Part shown: positions 12,747-27,700 of the stretch, in pieces
How the letters are laid out: every line of letters begins with the position of its first letter
Numbering within the stretch: position 1 is the stretch's first letter
Program-made: the position numbers and the translations under genes
NCBI GenBank assembly: GCA_032718475.1
Contig: JAUCBJ010006092.1
Location: 1-52,843 of the forward strand
DNA: 52,843 nucleotides
Reading direction: 5' to 3'
Source: Nemertoderma westbladi
Lineage: Eukaryota > Animalia > Xenacoelomorpha
Notes under the pieces: model-generated
Databases searched by the model: none
What the model was told of the DNA's origin: nothing
The model's input: only the letters and a program-made list of their open reading frames with translations

Positions 12747-15700
12747 GTAAGTTATATAATATATAATTTTCTTGGTTTTGCCATTTTCTAAACGCTCTCT
12801 ACATTTGTCGGATGCGAAACTGTACCAAAATGCGAGAGAACTTTATCGATGTTCTGTTCCCCACACGGCATTCTTACAAACTCCCAATGTTCTACGCATG
12901 TCCTTAGATCATCATAATGATGATGGGGTGATGATAACTCCACCTACTGGCTCCAGAAGTCGAGGAAATCATGCCTAGTACCTAACTGATCTAGACTTTG
13001 CTGATGACTTAGGAGTACTCTCAGAAACATTAGAGGGAGCCCAACGGCTCCTCAGCTCATTAGAACATGCTGCTTCTAGTGTTGATCTTCTTATTAACTC
13101 CAGAAAGACCAAAATTTTGACAGTTAACTTTGAAAGTCCTCAGCAAGTCTCTGATCGGATCAGCATAAGCTCAAAGGATGGTATGCTTGAGCATGTGGAC
13201 GACTTCTGTTACCTGGGATCATGGATCCGGAAGTCAGGTGAGGACCTTCGAATACGTAAGGGAAAGGCATGGGCAGCCTTGAATAGGCTTTCCAGGATTT
13301 GGAAGTCAACGAGAATTAATCGGAAACTTAAGGTGCGATTATTTAGAGCAGCAGTAGTTCCAGTACTCCTCTACAGGAGTCCATGCTGGGCTCTAACTGC
13401 TGAGGACACCAAATCTCTGGATGGCACATTCACAAGAATGCTACGCCGGGTTCATTGTGTCAAGTACAATGCACACATCTCCAACCAGACACTATATAAC
13501 ATTGGAGGTGTCTCATTGGTTCCCTCAAGCTTGACACTAGAACAAAATCGCCTCCGCTTTGCAGGACATTGCTTTCGCCGTGAGGACCAGCCAGTGCATA
13601 ATCTTGTACTTTGGCAGCCTCATGGAGTGAATAAGCATGGTGGACAGCCCATGAATTTCTTGAGACGCATCTTAAAGGACACTGGCCTTGAAGATGCGGA
13701 TGATAAGCAAATGTCATGGGTGATACGGAGTTGTGGCGGTGCAATTTTGTTGACAAGCCGGCACAGCATTCTTAAAAATGCAGCTGCAATGCAGCATGCC
13801 GATCCTAGTAGTAGTAGTACAAACACCCTGTGTTCAAATATTAACAATGGGTGTACAACATAGAGTGGAGTACAACATGGAATGCACCGCATTCATGGTC
13901 AATGTGCTGGATTACCCGAATAGGAACAGCCTATTCGGTTCTCTGTTCAGTGCATGGTGGCTAGTCAGATTATCTTTGTGGCAATAAGAAACTCCAAAAC
14001 ATGGAATAGCCGCCATTCTGAGAATATTTTATACTACAATCTAAACCTTAGGGATATCGCACTGACGCCCTGACGTTGAACTGAGCCGCCTTTACTTACA
14101 CCTTGTGGTGAATATCTAGACTATCACTGACTGCTCACGTGTCTTGGAGGGTCTACTTCTACTACTAATTCAGCACATACATATATCGTCCCACACTATT
14201 AGGATGCATTGGCAGAGGATGCACTCCACAGTTCGTAATATTCCATGTCAATTCCCAATTAATTTAATTTTTCTTTTAATTAGTCCCAATCTAGACTAGA
14301 AGTCATTTTAGGAATGATACTGGTTGACTATCACATTTCACATTCCAATTCTTTAGAGATAAATTTAAAATTTGTAGACATACAATTTATCTGTCTGTAC
14401 AAATTACCTGTCCTCTCTCTTGATCTATCGTAGATGGCCTGTTTTTGAAATCTATTTAATAAAGCAGTTGAAATCAGAATCAAGCAATCAAAATTCATAG
14501 TGTTACATTTGTGAAATAGAGATGGTTTTGTCTGATAACAGTTATCTTGGATGTCATTTCCAACGTTATTTGGTTTTAATCGCATCGATTAATGGGTTCA
14601 CGGCATGTGTCTAAGAGGACATGGTTATTACAGACTCCATACGACGAAATCCTGTCCGCGTCTAGTCTCTGGGTTCTGGTTAGGGTACTGGTAACTGACA
14701 GAAGTATGTAACTGAAGTATGGTACTGACAACCGTAGACTTTTAGACAGCACGTTTTTGTTTGACCAGCAGACAGACATCTACCTGCGGACAGACAAACG
14801 GACATGCAAATTTTATGACATCAGGCTTCCGCCTTCAAGGGATTGTGACAGTCAGACAGATATGCGTATAGGGCATCGTTACCATGGTACTATTAAACGG
14901 GTACCAATGGTACCAGGTATAAAACGTGTAACATTGTAAAGGCTTCTATCTCTTGGATGTTACCTGTAAAGTTTGATGGGCGGCACACTTACAACGAAGT
15001 TTATTTGTGAACTTTTTCGGTTATATTTATATTTCGAATAAACTTAATATTGCATTTGGAAAGTTGTTTGAATTAATTATGTGATTTTATCATCATTGTA
15101 TTTAACATATTATGTCCTTCGTAAAAGCCGTAAGAAAATAAAGTTTTTTTGTGAATTATAATTCATAATTGTCACTGTGAACATGATGCGTCACTTACGA
15201 AATTACTGAAGTGGAAATTTTGATTAAATGATGCATCGCGACATTTGATGAAGATAATCAGGATAGATGACACAGTGCTGTGTGTATAGGGGAAATCAAT
15301 AATTAGTTATATAATGTGTCCAAGCAATATTAATTAATAATTGCTTTTATAATTATATTATTATTAGTTTGATATTAATTATAGCGGTATAAATAATAAA
15401 TATGTCTTGTATTGCTTTAGTTATCAAATAATTTAGTGATTTAACATCCGTTCACCTTCACACCATGATGAACCGCTTTATCGCTTTACTGAACAAGATA
15501 ATCACCATATCTGTACACTTCGATTTATCAAACTACGCTGTAGTAATTGGATGTAGCTGTGTTTAGTTGTGTTCCTTGTAAATATAAAATCATGTCAATG
15601 TGCTTAGTATGGGTTCACTTCAAGTTCGAGTTTTTTTTACCTCACTACTACTATAAAGCTCTTGACACTGACTGACTATCTCTATGTTGTCTACCACAAA

Positions 15701-18700
15701 CTATTTCCACATCAGTAGTATTAGTGTGACAGCACTCACTGGACCACACACCTGTAGCGTGTGCTGTAGCGTGTGCTGCAGCACACCTGTAGCGTGTGCT
15801 GCAGCACACCTGTTGCGTGTGCTGCTATTCTAACATCATTCACCAACTAAACTCATAAAATAACCCGCTGATATGTTAAGAACAAGCAAAGGAATCTATC
15901 CATCGGATTATCACACCACAAGTTTGTATACACAGCGGTGCCGGTACCGGTACTACAACTAATACTATTTTATTAGGAGATTTCCCGAATGTAAACTACT
16001 GCAACAGAGCAACCAGTTCTACATCCACAGAGCTACAATATAGTTCAATAATATATCTGCTTAATATTCACCGAATTAACCCTCCTTTTTTTCATGGTGC
16101 CTCATAATCATAGTTGTTTCCTTGGTTGGTCGTTGGCGTTTCCACTGTAGCAGATTTGATAACAACCATTGAAACCCCCTGGGGTGCCATCATCAAATAT
16201 GTATGGGGAGATTCTGTCTGAAGTAGGCCCGCCCTTTAGAGATTGTGCCGCGAGCCTACATCTCCTAATTAGGTGTCTGTTTATTTTGAAAGAAATTCAG
16301 CTTGTAAGAAATTCAATTGGGTGCCACCACGCCTATGAAATGGCGAGCCATTAGTGAATTACTTTATAGTGACAGTTTTTTTTTTCTTATACATCCCATT
16401 TTCTAATTAGCGCTTGACACATAACTTGAGAGAAAACAAACTACAACAACATTTTAGAAACCGAATTTATAATACTGGACTTTGTACTGAATATCTCGAG
16501 AGCAGTTTTAAATTTTTTCAACCTTGGTATATAGGCCATCAACAATCCAGTCTTAGTATTCTGTATGTGACTATCATTTCAGTAGCATTAATAGTTATAC
16601 TTCTACATTACAAACTTTATTAAATGAGTCGGCGCGGTCGTGCAAGCTCGGACTGTGGAAATGAGATCCTTCCAGGCTTCCCGATTCTCCATAGTTGCCG
16701 CAATTTCGTTACTCTCAGGTTCAGTATCTCTTTCAAGCTGGTCTATATGCCATAGCTGGTCGACCATGTGGTATGCTTTCCTTGTGTTATGTTGGTTTCC
16801 AGAAAAGTAGATCTGGTGATATCTCATGTCCATGTGGTCCTCATGTATACTTATCCAGTAGTGCCCACTAAATCTTAATCTGCGTTCACGGAGGGTGGTT
16901 GATACTATGGAAGCCCAACGCGTGAACAGCAAACTTCACAATTACTTTGGGGGTGTGTGTGTGTGTGTGTGGATGACGGGATTGCACGTCAACCTCACAC
17001 ATGCATGGGGGGGGGGGTGGTGTTTGTGTGCGTGACGTACTTCACGTCACACTCACACATACGTTTGCCATCTTTGTGTACATTTGTTCGTGGCCACTGT
17101 TTGGTCAATTTGACATCAACTTCTCGTCTACCACACACATGGACCGGTCAATCAATCAATCAATCAATAGAGCTCGTATAATTTCGATTTACGCAATATA
17201 TGACATGATTGTAAACATTATAGTTATAGCATTACAATTTTTCAATCTTACAATGTAACGTTTATTTAGCTAAAATTTGTAATGTTTGTGATAGTAATGT
17301 AATAGTATAGTAGATGTAGATTTTAAATGACAAACAAGAACAGTAGCATAGCTAGTGTTGTTCTATTTTGCCGTTGTGGCGCGTAGATATAAAGAGAAGG
17401 GTTCATGCCATCATAATATTCGTTATTTCTAATTTCGGGTTAAATTTAGTTCTGTTTTTTCCCATTTATGTCTATTGTAAATATATATAAAACTAATAAT
17501 AATTATTGTAATGTCTAGTATTATAGCAACGTGTGGGCACACCATTATACAAAATTAATTAATAAACTTTCATGCTATTTTACTGATAGAAGAGAGAGGA
17601 TAATGACAGGACAATATTATTCATTGATGAAGATGAGGTTAATGTTATTTCGTGTGTGTTCATTTATTAATATTAATATTCAAATATAAGTATATGTGTT
17701 AATTCAGGTTGTTTATTAAATATGTCTTGTACTTCTTGCTAAAGATTTCTTGGATTTATTATTTTTTAAGTCAAACTTTATTGAATTCCATATTTTTGTG
17801 CATATTCTAAGGATTTTTGTCAATTGATTACGATATGTTTTATATTGTTGTTGATTTTGTAGGATTCTTAGATTGAGTGGCGTAAAGTTTATTCTTTTTA
17901 TTGTAGATTTTACAAGTGCCGGTGTCATCCAGGGTTTCCGTGGAATCTCATTCTTTATTAAGTTTTTTTTGGTAGGTGTTTATTTGTAATAATCTCCAGA
18001 TCGTTCTAGAAATTTTCAAATTTCACCTCTAGTGGGATTGAGTGGTCTTTGTATGTCCAGTTCAGATTTTTTTGTAAGTCAGAAAGAAATCTGGGTTGTT
18101 TAAATTTAGAGTCATAAATATAAGTTGTCTGCGGGGGTGTAAAGTAGCACGAATATTTCTGTATTATAAAGAATGTTATTGGCCGTGGCCTTTACTACGT
18201 TGTCTTCAAGCTAAAAATATAAAAACAAACAATATAAAGAATAGCATAATATTCCCAAAGGACGGTGTAATGCAATCGACTTTCCTATAAAACTACGTGG
18301 CTGCTGGCTAGAATTAATAACATTTATTATTAATGTTTAATCTACCTGCTTTTATTATACATTCCTCAACAGAACTCCCACTGCAGGTAAAGTACTCAAA
18401 ATAATAGTTCTGTGAACAATACTTCACAAAATTCTTTACTTCCTATTTATTTTTATTACCAAAGTTTTTTATATCCTTAAATAGCAACTTATTGAGGCTC
18501 TGCTTCTAAGTTGACTGGTTGCTTCTGCTAACGGTCGTTTCTGTCATCCCGGGTTACCATTCAACAGGAATGTCGGACTGACGATTTGGGTCGCATATTA
18601 AACTAGAAATTTGATCTGTTCTTCATGTCTTTCTAGTCTTCTAATTTGGTTTGTGAATATCAAACACCAAAGAAACTTAACCTTGTTTTATTTTTGTCAT

Positions 18701-21700
18701 AAAGTTAGGGAATTGATTTTTTTTACAATTTATGTAAAAATGCTAATTTTCTAATAATTATTCTTAAGAAGGACAATTATAGTGACTTATGGTTATTATT
18801 CTTAAGAAGGACAGTTATTTAATGGTGAAAAATTATGTTTGCTCTGATCTTCAGTCGGGGTTTCTTTCGAATTCGGCAATATATTGTAAAATCATCCCTT
18901 GTTATTCATTATATAAGATTTTTTTATTGAAATATTAATTCACGAGCTTTACACTCAGTTTTATACAAGACGAGAGTTTCTCTCAGTTCGATTGTGTTGC
19001 GGATAGTAGAAATAAACTCATTCACTTTGCAACCATTTCCCCCTTCTTCACCTAGAACTATATACATGCTTTGTTACCCATGCGATAAGTCCCCATTATA
19101 GAAATGGGTGAAAGTTATTAATATTGTATTCAGTCAGCCTTGAAATTAGTTGTGCGGTGTGTAACTGATTTATCAATAACTTACATGCATAATACATAGT
19201 GTTACGTAGTAGGTGTTTATATATACAAATCCTTTGTTAGAAATGTATATGAATGTATAATTGCAATCTATGAATTACAACAAAGGTATTCTGTGTGCCT
19301 GCGTGTCTATATTGTTGTGAGAATAACACTTAGCCGCCACAGACCAACTCATATATATATAACTTTATACATTATATAAAAAAGATACCAATCAATATGT
19401 AGTCTAGTTAAGGTACATCATATCAAACAAGCAAACCAGTAGTGTTTTGGTTCCCTGTAATTTAACTGGTACTAATTTTATCGACCCCAGAGGATGAACG
19501 ACTGTGTGGACCCTGGCGGGGCTGAACCTACAACCAATAGATTGCAGGCCCTGTCTAGGAGGAAACTAAAGGTAAATACGGTAGTACTGAGTGCCTAGGC
19601 ACCAAGTACTATGGTAGTATTAACCGCCTAGGCAACGGGAATACCCTCAGGCACCAAGTACTATGGTAGTATTAACTGCCTAGGCAATGGGAACTACCCT
19701 CAGGCACCAAGCACTATGGTAGTATTAACCGCCTAGGCAACGGGAACTACCCTCAGGCACCAGGTACTATGGTAGTATTAACCGCCTAGGCAACGGGAAT
19801 ACCCTCAGGCACCAAGTACTATGGTAGTATTAACCGCCTAGGCAACGGGAATACCCTCAGGCACCAAGTAATATGGTAGTATTAACCGCTTAGGCAATGG
19901 GAACTACCCTCAGGCACCAAGTACTATGGTAGTATTAACCGCCTAGGCAACGGGAATACCCTCAGGCACCAAGTACTATGGTAGTATTAACCGCCTAGGC
20001 AACGGGAATACCCTCAGGCACCAAGTAATATGGTAGTATTAACCGCCTAGGCAATGGGAACTACCCTCAGGCACCAAGTACTATGGTAGTATTAACCGCC
20101 TAAGCAACGGGAACTACCCTCAGGCACCAGGTACTATGGTAGTATTAACCGCCTAGGCAACGGGAATACCCTCAGGCACCAAGTACTATGGTAGTATTAA
20201 CCGCCTAGGCAACGGGAATACCCTCAGGCACCAAGTAATATGGTAGTATTAACCGCCTAGGCAATGGGAACTACCCTCAGGCACCAGGTACTATGGTAGT
20301 ATTAACCGCCTAGGCAACGGGAATACCCTCAGGCACCAAGTAATATGGTAGTATTAACCGCCTAGGCAACGGGAATACCCTCAGGCACCAATTACTATGG
20401 TAGTATTAACCGCCTAGGCAACGGGAATACCCTCAGGCACCAGGTAATATGGTAGTATTAACCGCCTAGGCAATGGGAACTACCCTCAGGCACCAGGTAC
20501 TATGGTAGTATTAACCGCCTAGGCAACGGGAATACCCTCTCATCTGTAAAATAATGCAGTGGCAGTCTGTGTATCCTTGTTTGAGTGGTGGCAGTCTGTG
20601 TATCCTTGTTTGAGTGGTGGCAGTCTGTGTATCCTTGTTTGAGTGGTGAGCATACCTGGTGGATTATTTATTTACGAGATCGATTTTACGTGATACATCC
20701 TATAGGTGGCGAATTAATTTTTAGGCTTGCTGCTCATCAAGATTCCCATTAAAATTACATATTTATTTAAATCGAGGTTGACATGTAAATGTTTTCACAT
20801 GGGGGGGGGGGGGGGGGGGGGGGGGGGCTGGAAGCAAATGCGCCTCAATGTTAAATTCTCAATTTAGGGAAATGAGCAGGTTACAGTGGCACGTTATTTT
20901 AACCAAAACAATAAACTAAACACAATAGAACAGGTTAAAGTAACCAAAACAATAAACTAAACACAATAGAACAGGTTAAAGTTTTATTTTTTAAATTAAT
21001 CAGCTGTTACTTACGTCGAATTTCCCCTGGAGAGGTATGCATTTTTATTGCGTCCAGTTCCCCCCCCCCCCCCCCCCGCCCCTATCTGTAATTATCATAC
21101 CGAGATGAGTAATTCTACCATCGTTTTCAAGTCTACTCCATTTTCGCTTTCTGTCTGTTGGCCAATTACACCATGACGAAAAAGTTATTAAATTTCGATA
21201 CAAGATATATATATATTTCATTAATTGAGTGATCGGTAGTAAACCAACCTCCCTTGGGAAATCTTTACGAGAGAATTGTTCTATGTGATATAATAATATA
21301 CAATATTTATTACAATAATATTTTATTTTTCATACCTAGAATCGATAGTGACTCATCAACAACAGTCACAACTACAACAACATCAACAACACCAGAAACT
21401 CCTGATCCAGTCGAATCTGCAGAATATATTGACGATTATTATGAATACAACGAATATGAAGAGTATGTAAATAATTAGTTGTTGTTGATTAAAATTATCT
21501 GTAATTATATATATAAAATATATATAAAAGTCAGGTCAGGTCCCCAGATCCTGCTACCACTATGGCAGTAATGTGGTACTACCTGTAGCTGTCAGCCCAG
21601 TAGGGCAGGCCCGGTAAGCATAGCCTATTCATTATTAAGTTGATCAAGAGTGGGTTGGTTTAGCCCCGTCAACTAAATAAGTCATTGAGGGCTATAGCGC

Positions 21701-24700
21701 CTAGGGCACCATTGAAGGCAAAGGCTTGATACGCATCTGCATTAGAGATGATACACGCCCCGCCCTGTCTATACTGGATGCTCCTCTACCAGTGCTAGGT
21801 CTCTACCAGTGTTAGGTAACCTAACCCAGGAGGCACACTTGGTTCAAGGTGTAACAAAAGGACCCCTACATTCGGCAGCAGGGCTGTAGGCCATGGATAG
21901 GCGGAAGGTAATCAACCAACGGCTAGACATGCTGACAAGGTCGGCGGAAGGTAATCAACCAACGGCGACCTACTGCGAAGACGCTTGTAGGAGGTGCGCC
22001 CACAAGCGGTTTACTCCCACAACTGAAAGATATGAGTATGAGAACCCTCCAGGAGAAATACCAGCTCGGTCGTCGCCCGGGTCAACAAGGACCGCGTCCC
22101 TCAGTGGTACACCAGGCTGGGGTCGATAAATTGGCTACTGGAACAGAAGACAGAGAAGAAAGAATTACCAACCTGTTGAAATGTAAAAAGACACTAAAGA
22201 TTGCTACAATGAACGCACGCACTCTGAAAGCACATACCAAACAGGGTGACATGGTCGCTCTGGCAATGGAATATAACATCGACATCATCTGCATCCAAGA
22301 ACATTGGATTTGTCATGAAGACACTGCCATGAAGTACAATGACATTGGAAATGGATGAACGTTAGTAACAAGCTCAGCAGTAAGAAACTCGGCCAATGCA
22401 TCAATTTGTGGATTAGGAATTCTGTTAAGCCCATTTGCACTTAAGACCCTAAACAACATCGAATCTATAAATTCCAGGGTTATGATTGCAACATTTGATG
22501 GGAATCCCAAGGCAACAGTTATATGTTGCTACAGTCCAACCAATGCCTCAGAGCCAGAACAAGCAGTCAAGTTTTATGAAGAACTGACTGGACTTATAAA
22601 GGACATTCCGAAACACAATGTTAAAGTCATTGCTGGTGACCTGAATGCGCAAATTGGCCCAGAAGACATCAAGGGTTACACCTATAACACCAGTTCTAAC
22701 AGAAATGGGTACTTACTTTTAGACCTAATGGAAGAATGTGAATTGATACCAACAAACAACACATTCGAAAAGAGTAAGGGGAAGCTTTGGACCTTTCAAT
22801 ACCCTAATGGAACCAAAGCACAACTGGATTACATCCTTATAAACAAAAAGTGGAGAAACAGTATGGTCAACTACGAGGCATACAGCTCGTTCAACCTAAT
22901 TGGTTCGGACCACAGAATTGTGACTGCAGAGATCAGACTCAGTTTGAGAGCCAGCAAACCCAGGACAAGCAAGCAAATCAACTATGACTGGGAGAAATTC
23001 AGAACTGATAATGCTGTAAAGGATGCTTACACAGTAGAAGTTCAAAACCGCTTTGAAGCACTTCAGTCAATGGATGAAGACCAATCCACCGATTCAATAT
23101 ACCAGAATATAATAACAGCCCACAAGGAATCAGCTAAGAGGCATTTCCCCAGAAACCCAAACGAAAACAGTATGTGCCATGGCAAAACTCTGAGGTTACT
23201 TGTAAGAGAGAAGATCTTAAGATAGCCTACAAAGTTAAAACCGAACAATCAACAACCGAAAACATTAACAAGGTTGAGAAAGCTAAGGACGATCTTAAAT
23301 TGGCCTACAACATCAGCCAGGAAAAGTACATACAGGATAAAACTGAAGCAATTACAACTGCTCACATACAGCAACAATCATGACTTACCTGGCAAACTGT
23401 AAATGAGGTATCTGGTCGGAAAAGTTGTGCAAAGGGGTGCCTCAAAGCCGATAGTCCTGAAGAACGTGTTGTGAAGTGGAAAAATCACTTCAGCAACTTG
23501 CTTGGGCAGACCAAACATCGAGGTCAGCCCTACAAGGAAAATATATGACAAGACACTACCTATAGAAACAGGGGACTTCACACCTGCCGAACTCCAAAGA
23601 AGCATCAAAAGCATGTCCAATAATAAAGCGAGTGGATTAGATGAAATCCCAGTGGAGGTATGGAAAACCGGAGTGCTAAACAGACCATTATTGAATGTTT
23701 GCAACCGGTTGTTAAAAGGGAAAAGCCACCACCAATTTGGACTAAAGGTCAACTAAAGCCTCTCCCCAAGAAAGGAGACCTCGGCATACCAACAAACTAT
23801 CGTGGGATCTGTCTGCTTGTGGTAGCTGCCAAAATATACAATAAAATGATTCTATATAGGATTAGGCCTCACATAGAGAAACTACTGCGTAAGAGTCAAA
23901 ACTGATTTCGACCAAGTAGATCAACAATAGCTCAGATACTTGCACTACGGAGACTGATTGAAGTAATTAAGTCAAGTAATCTCCCTGCAGTCATGACTGT
24001 TGTGGACTTCAAGAAGGCATTCGACTCCATCCATTGAGGTAAAATGCTTGAAATCTTAAGAGCTTATGGAATACCAGAAGTAATTGTTGCTGGCATTGGA
24101 TTGTTATATTGTGACACAGAAGCGCAGGTACTCTCACCACCCTCGCTGGCGTACTGCAAGGTGACACATTAGCACCATTACTATTCGTAATTGTGCTGGA
24201 TTACGCAATGAGGACGGCCACAAAGGGTGAAGATCTGGGATTCACACTTCAAGAACGCAGAAGTAGTAGATATCCGACAACTACAGTCACAGACACCGAC
24301 GTTGCGGATGACATCGCCCTGCTCTCTAATACGCTAGCAGATGCACAGCTAAAGTAAAGTAAAAAGTAAATTTTCTTCAGCCGCTAGGCCAGGGATTACG
24401 CACAAAGTCTGACGACTGATTTCCAGTGCGGTCCCCCCAGAACTTTACTCCCCAGAGGAAACTCCAGTACTCATTTAGCTACCACTTAAGGATGCAAGGC
24501 AGAGATGCGCCCTGGCTGGTCCCTTTAAAGCATTCATGCCGACACGAAAACTGCCCTGGCCCATATGAGGATCGAACCCACGACCTACGGGAGATATGAA
24601 TTCAATGCAACCACTACACCAAGGTGGAACCTTCTACTAAATAAAGTGGAGAGGGCTTCTAAGGAGGTTGGATAGCATATAAATTCTACCAAGACCAAAT

Positions 24701-27700
24701 TCATGACCTTTAATGTTGATGGAAACTTGACAACCATTGATAATAATCAACTAAGGAAGGTCGACGACTTCCAGTACCTTGGATCATGGATAGAGAGTAG
24801 CAAAAAGGACATAGAAGTTAGAAAAGCAAAGGCTTGGGTAGCTCTATCAAAAATGGATTCCATCTGGAAATCAGATCTCTCCAGGCACCTGAAGACTAAG
24901 TTCTTTCGAGCCACAGTGGAAAGTGTATTTTTATACGGGGGTGAGACCTGGACACTGACTAAACATCAGCTTGAGACAACACATGACAAACGCCGAGCTT
25001 TATGGTACAATACCACCTGTATCAACCACCCTCCGTGAACGCAGATTGAGATTCAGTGGGCACTGCTGGCGAAGTAAAGACGAGGTCATACCAGATCTAC
25101 TTCTCTGGCAACTTACTCATGGAAAGCGTAATCGTGGACGACTGGCCATATATAAATGCACATGGCACATATATAGATCAACTTGAAAGGGATACTGAAC
25201 TTGGGAGAAACGAAATTGTGACAACCATGGAGAATCGGGAAGCCTGAAAGGATCTCATTTCCACTGTCCGAGTTCGCTCGACCTAGTAGTAGTAGTAATT
25301 ATATATAATTATACCATATACTTAATTAAATACAATCTTAATCATTATTATTTTAACTTTACATTAAAAAGTAGTTGAATTATAAATTGTTGCGGCAGCC
25401 GAATATTTTATTACCTAACATAGAAGTAAATGAATTCAATATTATTTTGTAAGTGTAAGTCACTCAATAAGTCAGTTTAGCAGGATGAAGAGAGATATAT
25501 TTAAATTGAAGTTCAACAATTATTTAGGGATGTATTATTCAATACAGATTGAGAGATTGATGGTACTGATATACTGCATTTCGCTCTCATTGATTTAAGG
25601 ATATAGTCGATACAGACGGAGAGATTGATGGTACTGATATACTGCATTTCACTCTCATTGATTTAAGGATATAGTCGATACAGACGGAGAGATTGATGGT
25701 ACTGATATACTGCATTTCGCTCTCATTGATTTAAGGATATAGTCGATACAGATGGAGAGATTGATGGTACCAATATACTGCATTTCGCTCTCATTGATTT
25801 AAGGATATAGTCGATACAGACGGAGAGATTGATGGTACTGATATACTGCATTTCGCTCTCATTGATTTAAGGATATAGTCGATACAGACGGAGAGATTGA
25901 TGGTACTGATATACTGCAGTTAGCTCTCATTGATTTAGGAATGTAGTTGATACAGATGGAGAGATTGATGGTACCGATATACCGCAGTTCGTTCTCATTA
26001 ATTTAGGGATGTAGTTGATACAGACAGAGAGATTGATTGTACCGATCCAATATACTGCAGTTCGCTCTCATTGATTTAAGGATATAGTCGATACAGACGG
26101 AGAGATTGATGGTACTGATATACTGCATTTCACTCTCATTGATTTAAGGATATAGTCGATACAGACGGAGAGATTGATGGTACTGATATACTGCATTTCA
26201 CTCTCATTGATTTAAGGATATAGTCGATACAGACGGAGAGATTGATGGTACTGATATACTGCATTTCGCTCTCATTGATTTAAGGATATAGTCGATACAG
26301 ACGGAGAGATTGATGGTACTGATATACTGCATTTCGCTCTCATTGATTTAAGGATATAGTCGATACAGACGGAGAGATTGATGGTACTGATATACTGCAG
26401 TTAGCTCTCATTGATTTAGGAATGTAGTTGATACAGATGGAGAGATTGATGGTACCGATATACCGCAGTTCGTTCTCATTAATTTAGGGATGTAGTTGAT
26501 ACAGACAGAGAGATTGATTGTACCGATCCAATATACTGCAGTTCGCTCTCATTGATTTAAGGATATAGTCGATACAGACGGAGAGATTGATGGTACTGAT
26601 ATACTGCATTTCACTCTCATTGATTTAAGGATATAGTCGATACAGACGGAGAGATTGATGGTACTGATATACTGCATTTCACTCTCATTGATTTAAGGAT
26701 ATAGTCGATACAGACGGAGAGATTGATGGTACTGATATACTGCATTTCGCTCTCATTGATTTAAGGATATAGTCGATACAGACGGAGAGATTGATGGTAC
26801 TGATATACTGCATTTCGCTCTCATTGATTTAAGGATATAGTCGATACAGACAGAGAGATTGATGGTACCGATCCGATATACCGCAGTTCGTTAATTTATT
26901 TAGGAATGTAGTCGATACAGATGGAGAGATTGATGGTGCCAATATACTACAGTTTGATCTCATTTATTTAGGGATCTAGTCGATACAGATGGAGAGATTG
27001 ATGGTACCGATATACTGCAGTTCATTCTCTTTGATTTAGGGATGTAGTCGATACAGACAGAGAGATTGATGGTACCGATCCAATATACCGCAGTTCGATC
27101 TCATTGATTTAGGGATGTAGTCGATACAGATGGAGAGATTGTTGGTACCGATATACTGCAGTTCGCTCTCATTTATTTAGGGATGTAGTTGATACAGACA
27201 GAGAGATTGATGGTACCGATCCAATATACCGCAGTTCGATCTCATTGATTTAGGGATGTAGTCGATACAGATGGAGAGATTGACGGTACCGATATACTGC
27301 AGTTCGTTAATTTATTTAGGAATGTAGTCGATACAGATGGAGAGATTGATGGTACCGATACACTGCAGTTCGTTCTCATTGATTTAGGGATGTAGTCGAT
27401 ACAGACAGAGAGATTGATGGTACCGATCCAATATACCGCAGTTCGCTCTCATTGATTTAGGGATGTAGTCGATACAGACAGAGAGATTGATGGTACCGAT
27501 ACACTGCAGTTCGTTCTCATTGATTTAGGGATGTAGTCGATACAGACAGAGAGATTGATGGTACCGATCCAATATACCGCAGTTTGCTCTCATTGATTTA
27601 GGGATCTAGTCGATACAGACAGAGAGATTGATGGTACCGATACACTGCAGTTCGTTCTCATTGATTTAGGGATGTAGTCGATACAGACAGAGAGATTGAT

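Noticed and set aside
15977-16050. Possible extra exon in intron 1 (tattttattag|GAGATTTCC...)
   Set aside because: No convincing donor, and the frame compatible with exon 1 hits a stop.
20800-21077. Long G and C homopolymers (also about 8384, 8663, 47665, 51617)
   Set aside because: Simple runs with no supporting context; lengths may be sequencing-dependent.
22032-25247. RTE ORF pieces as functional genes
   Set aside because: Multiple stops, frameshifts, a deletion in RT and a SINE insertion show the element is dead.
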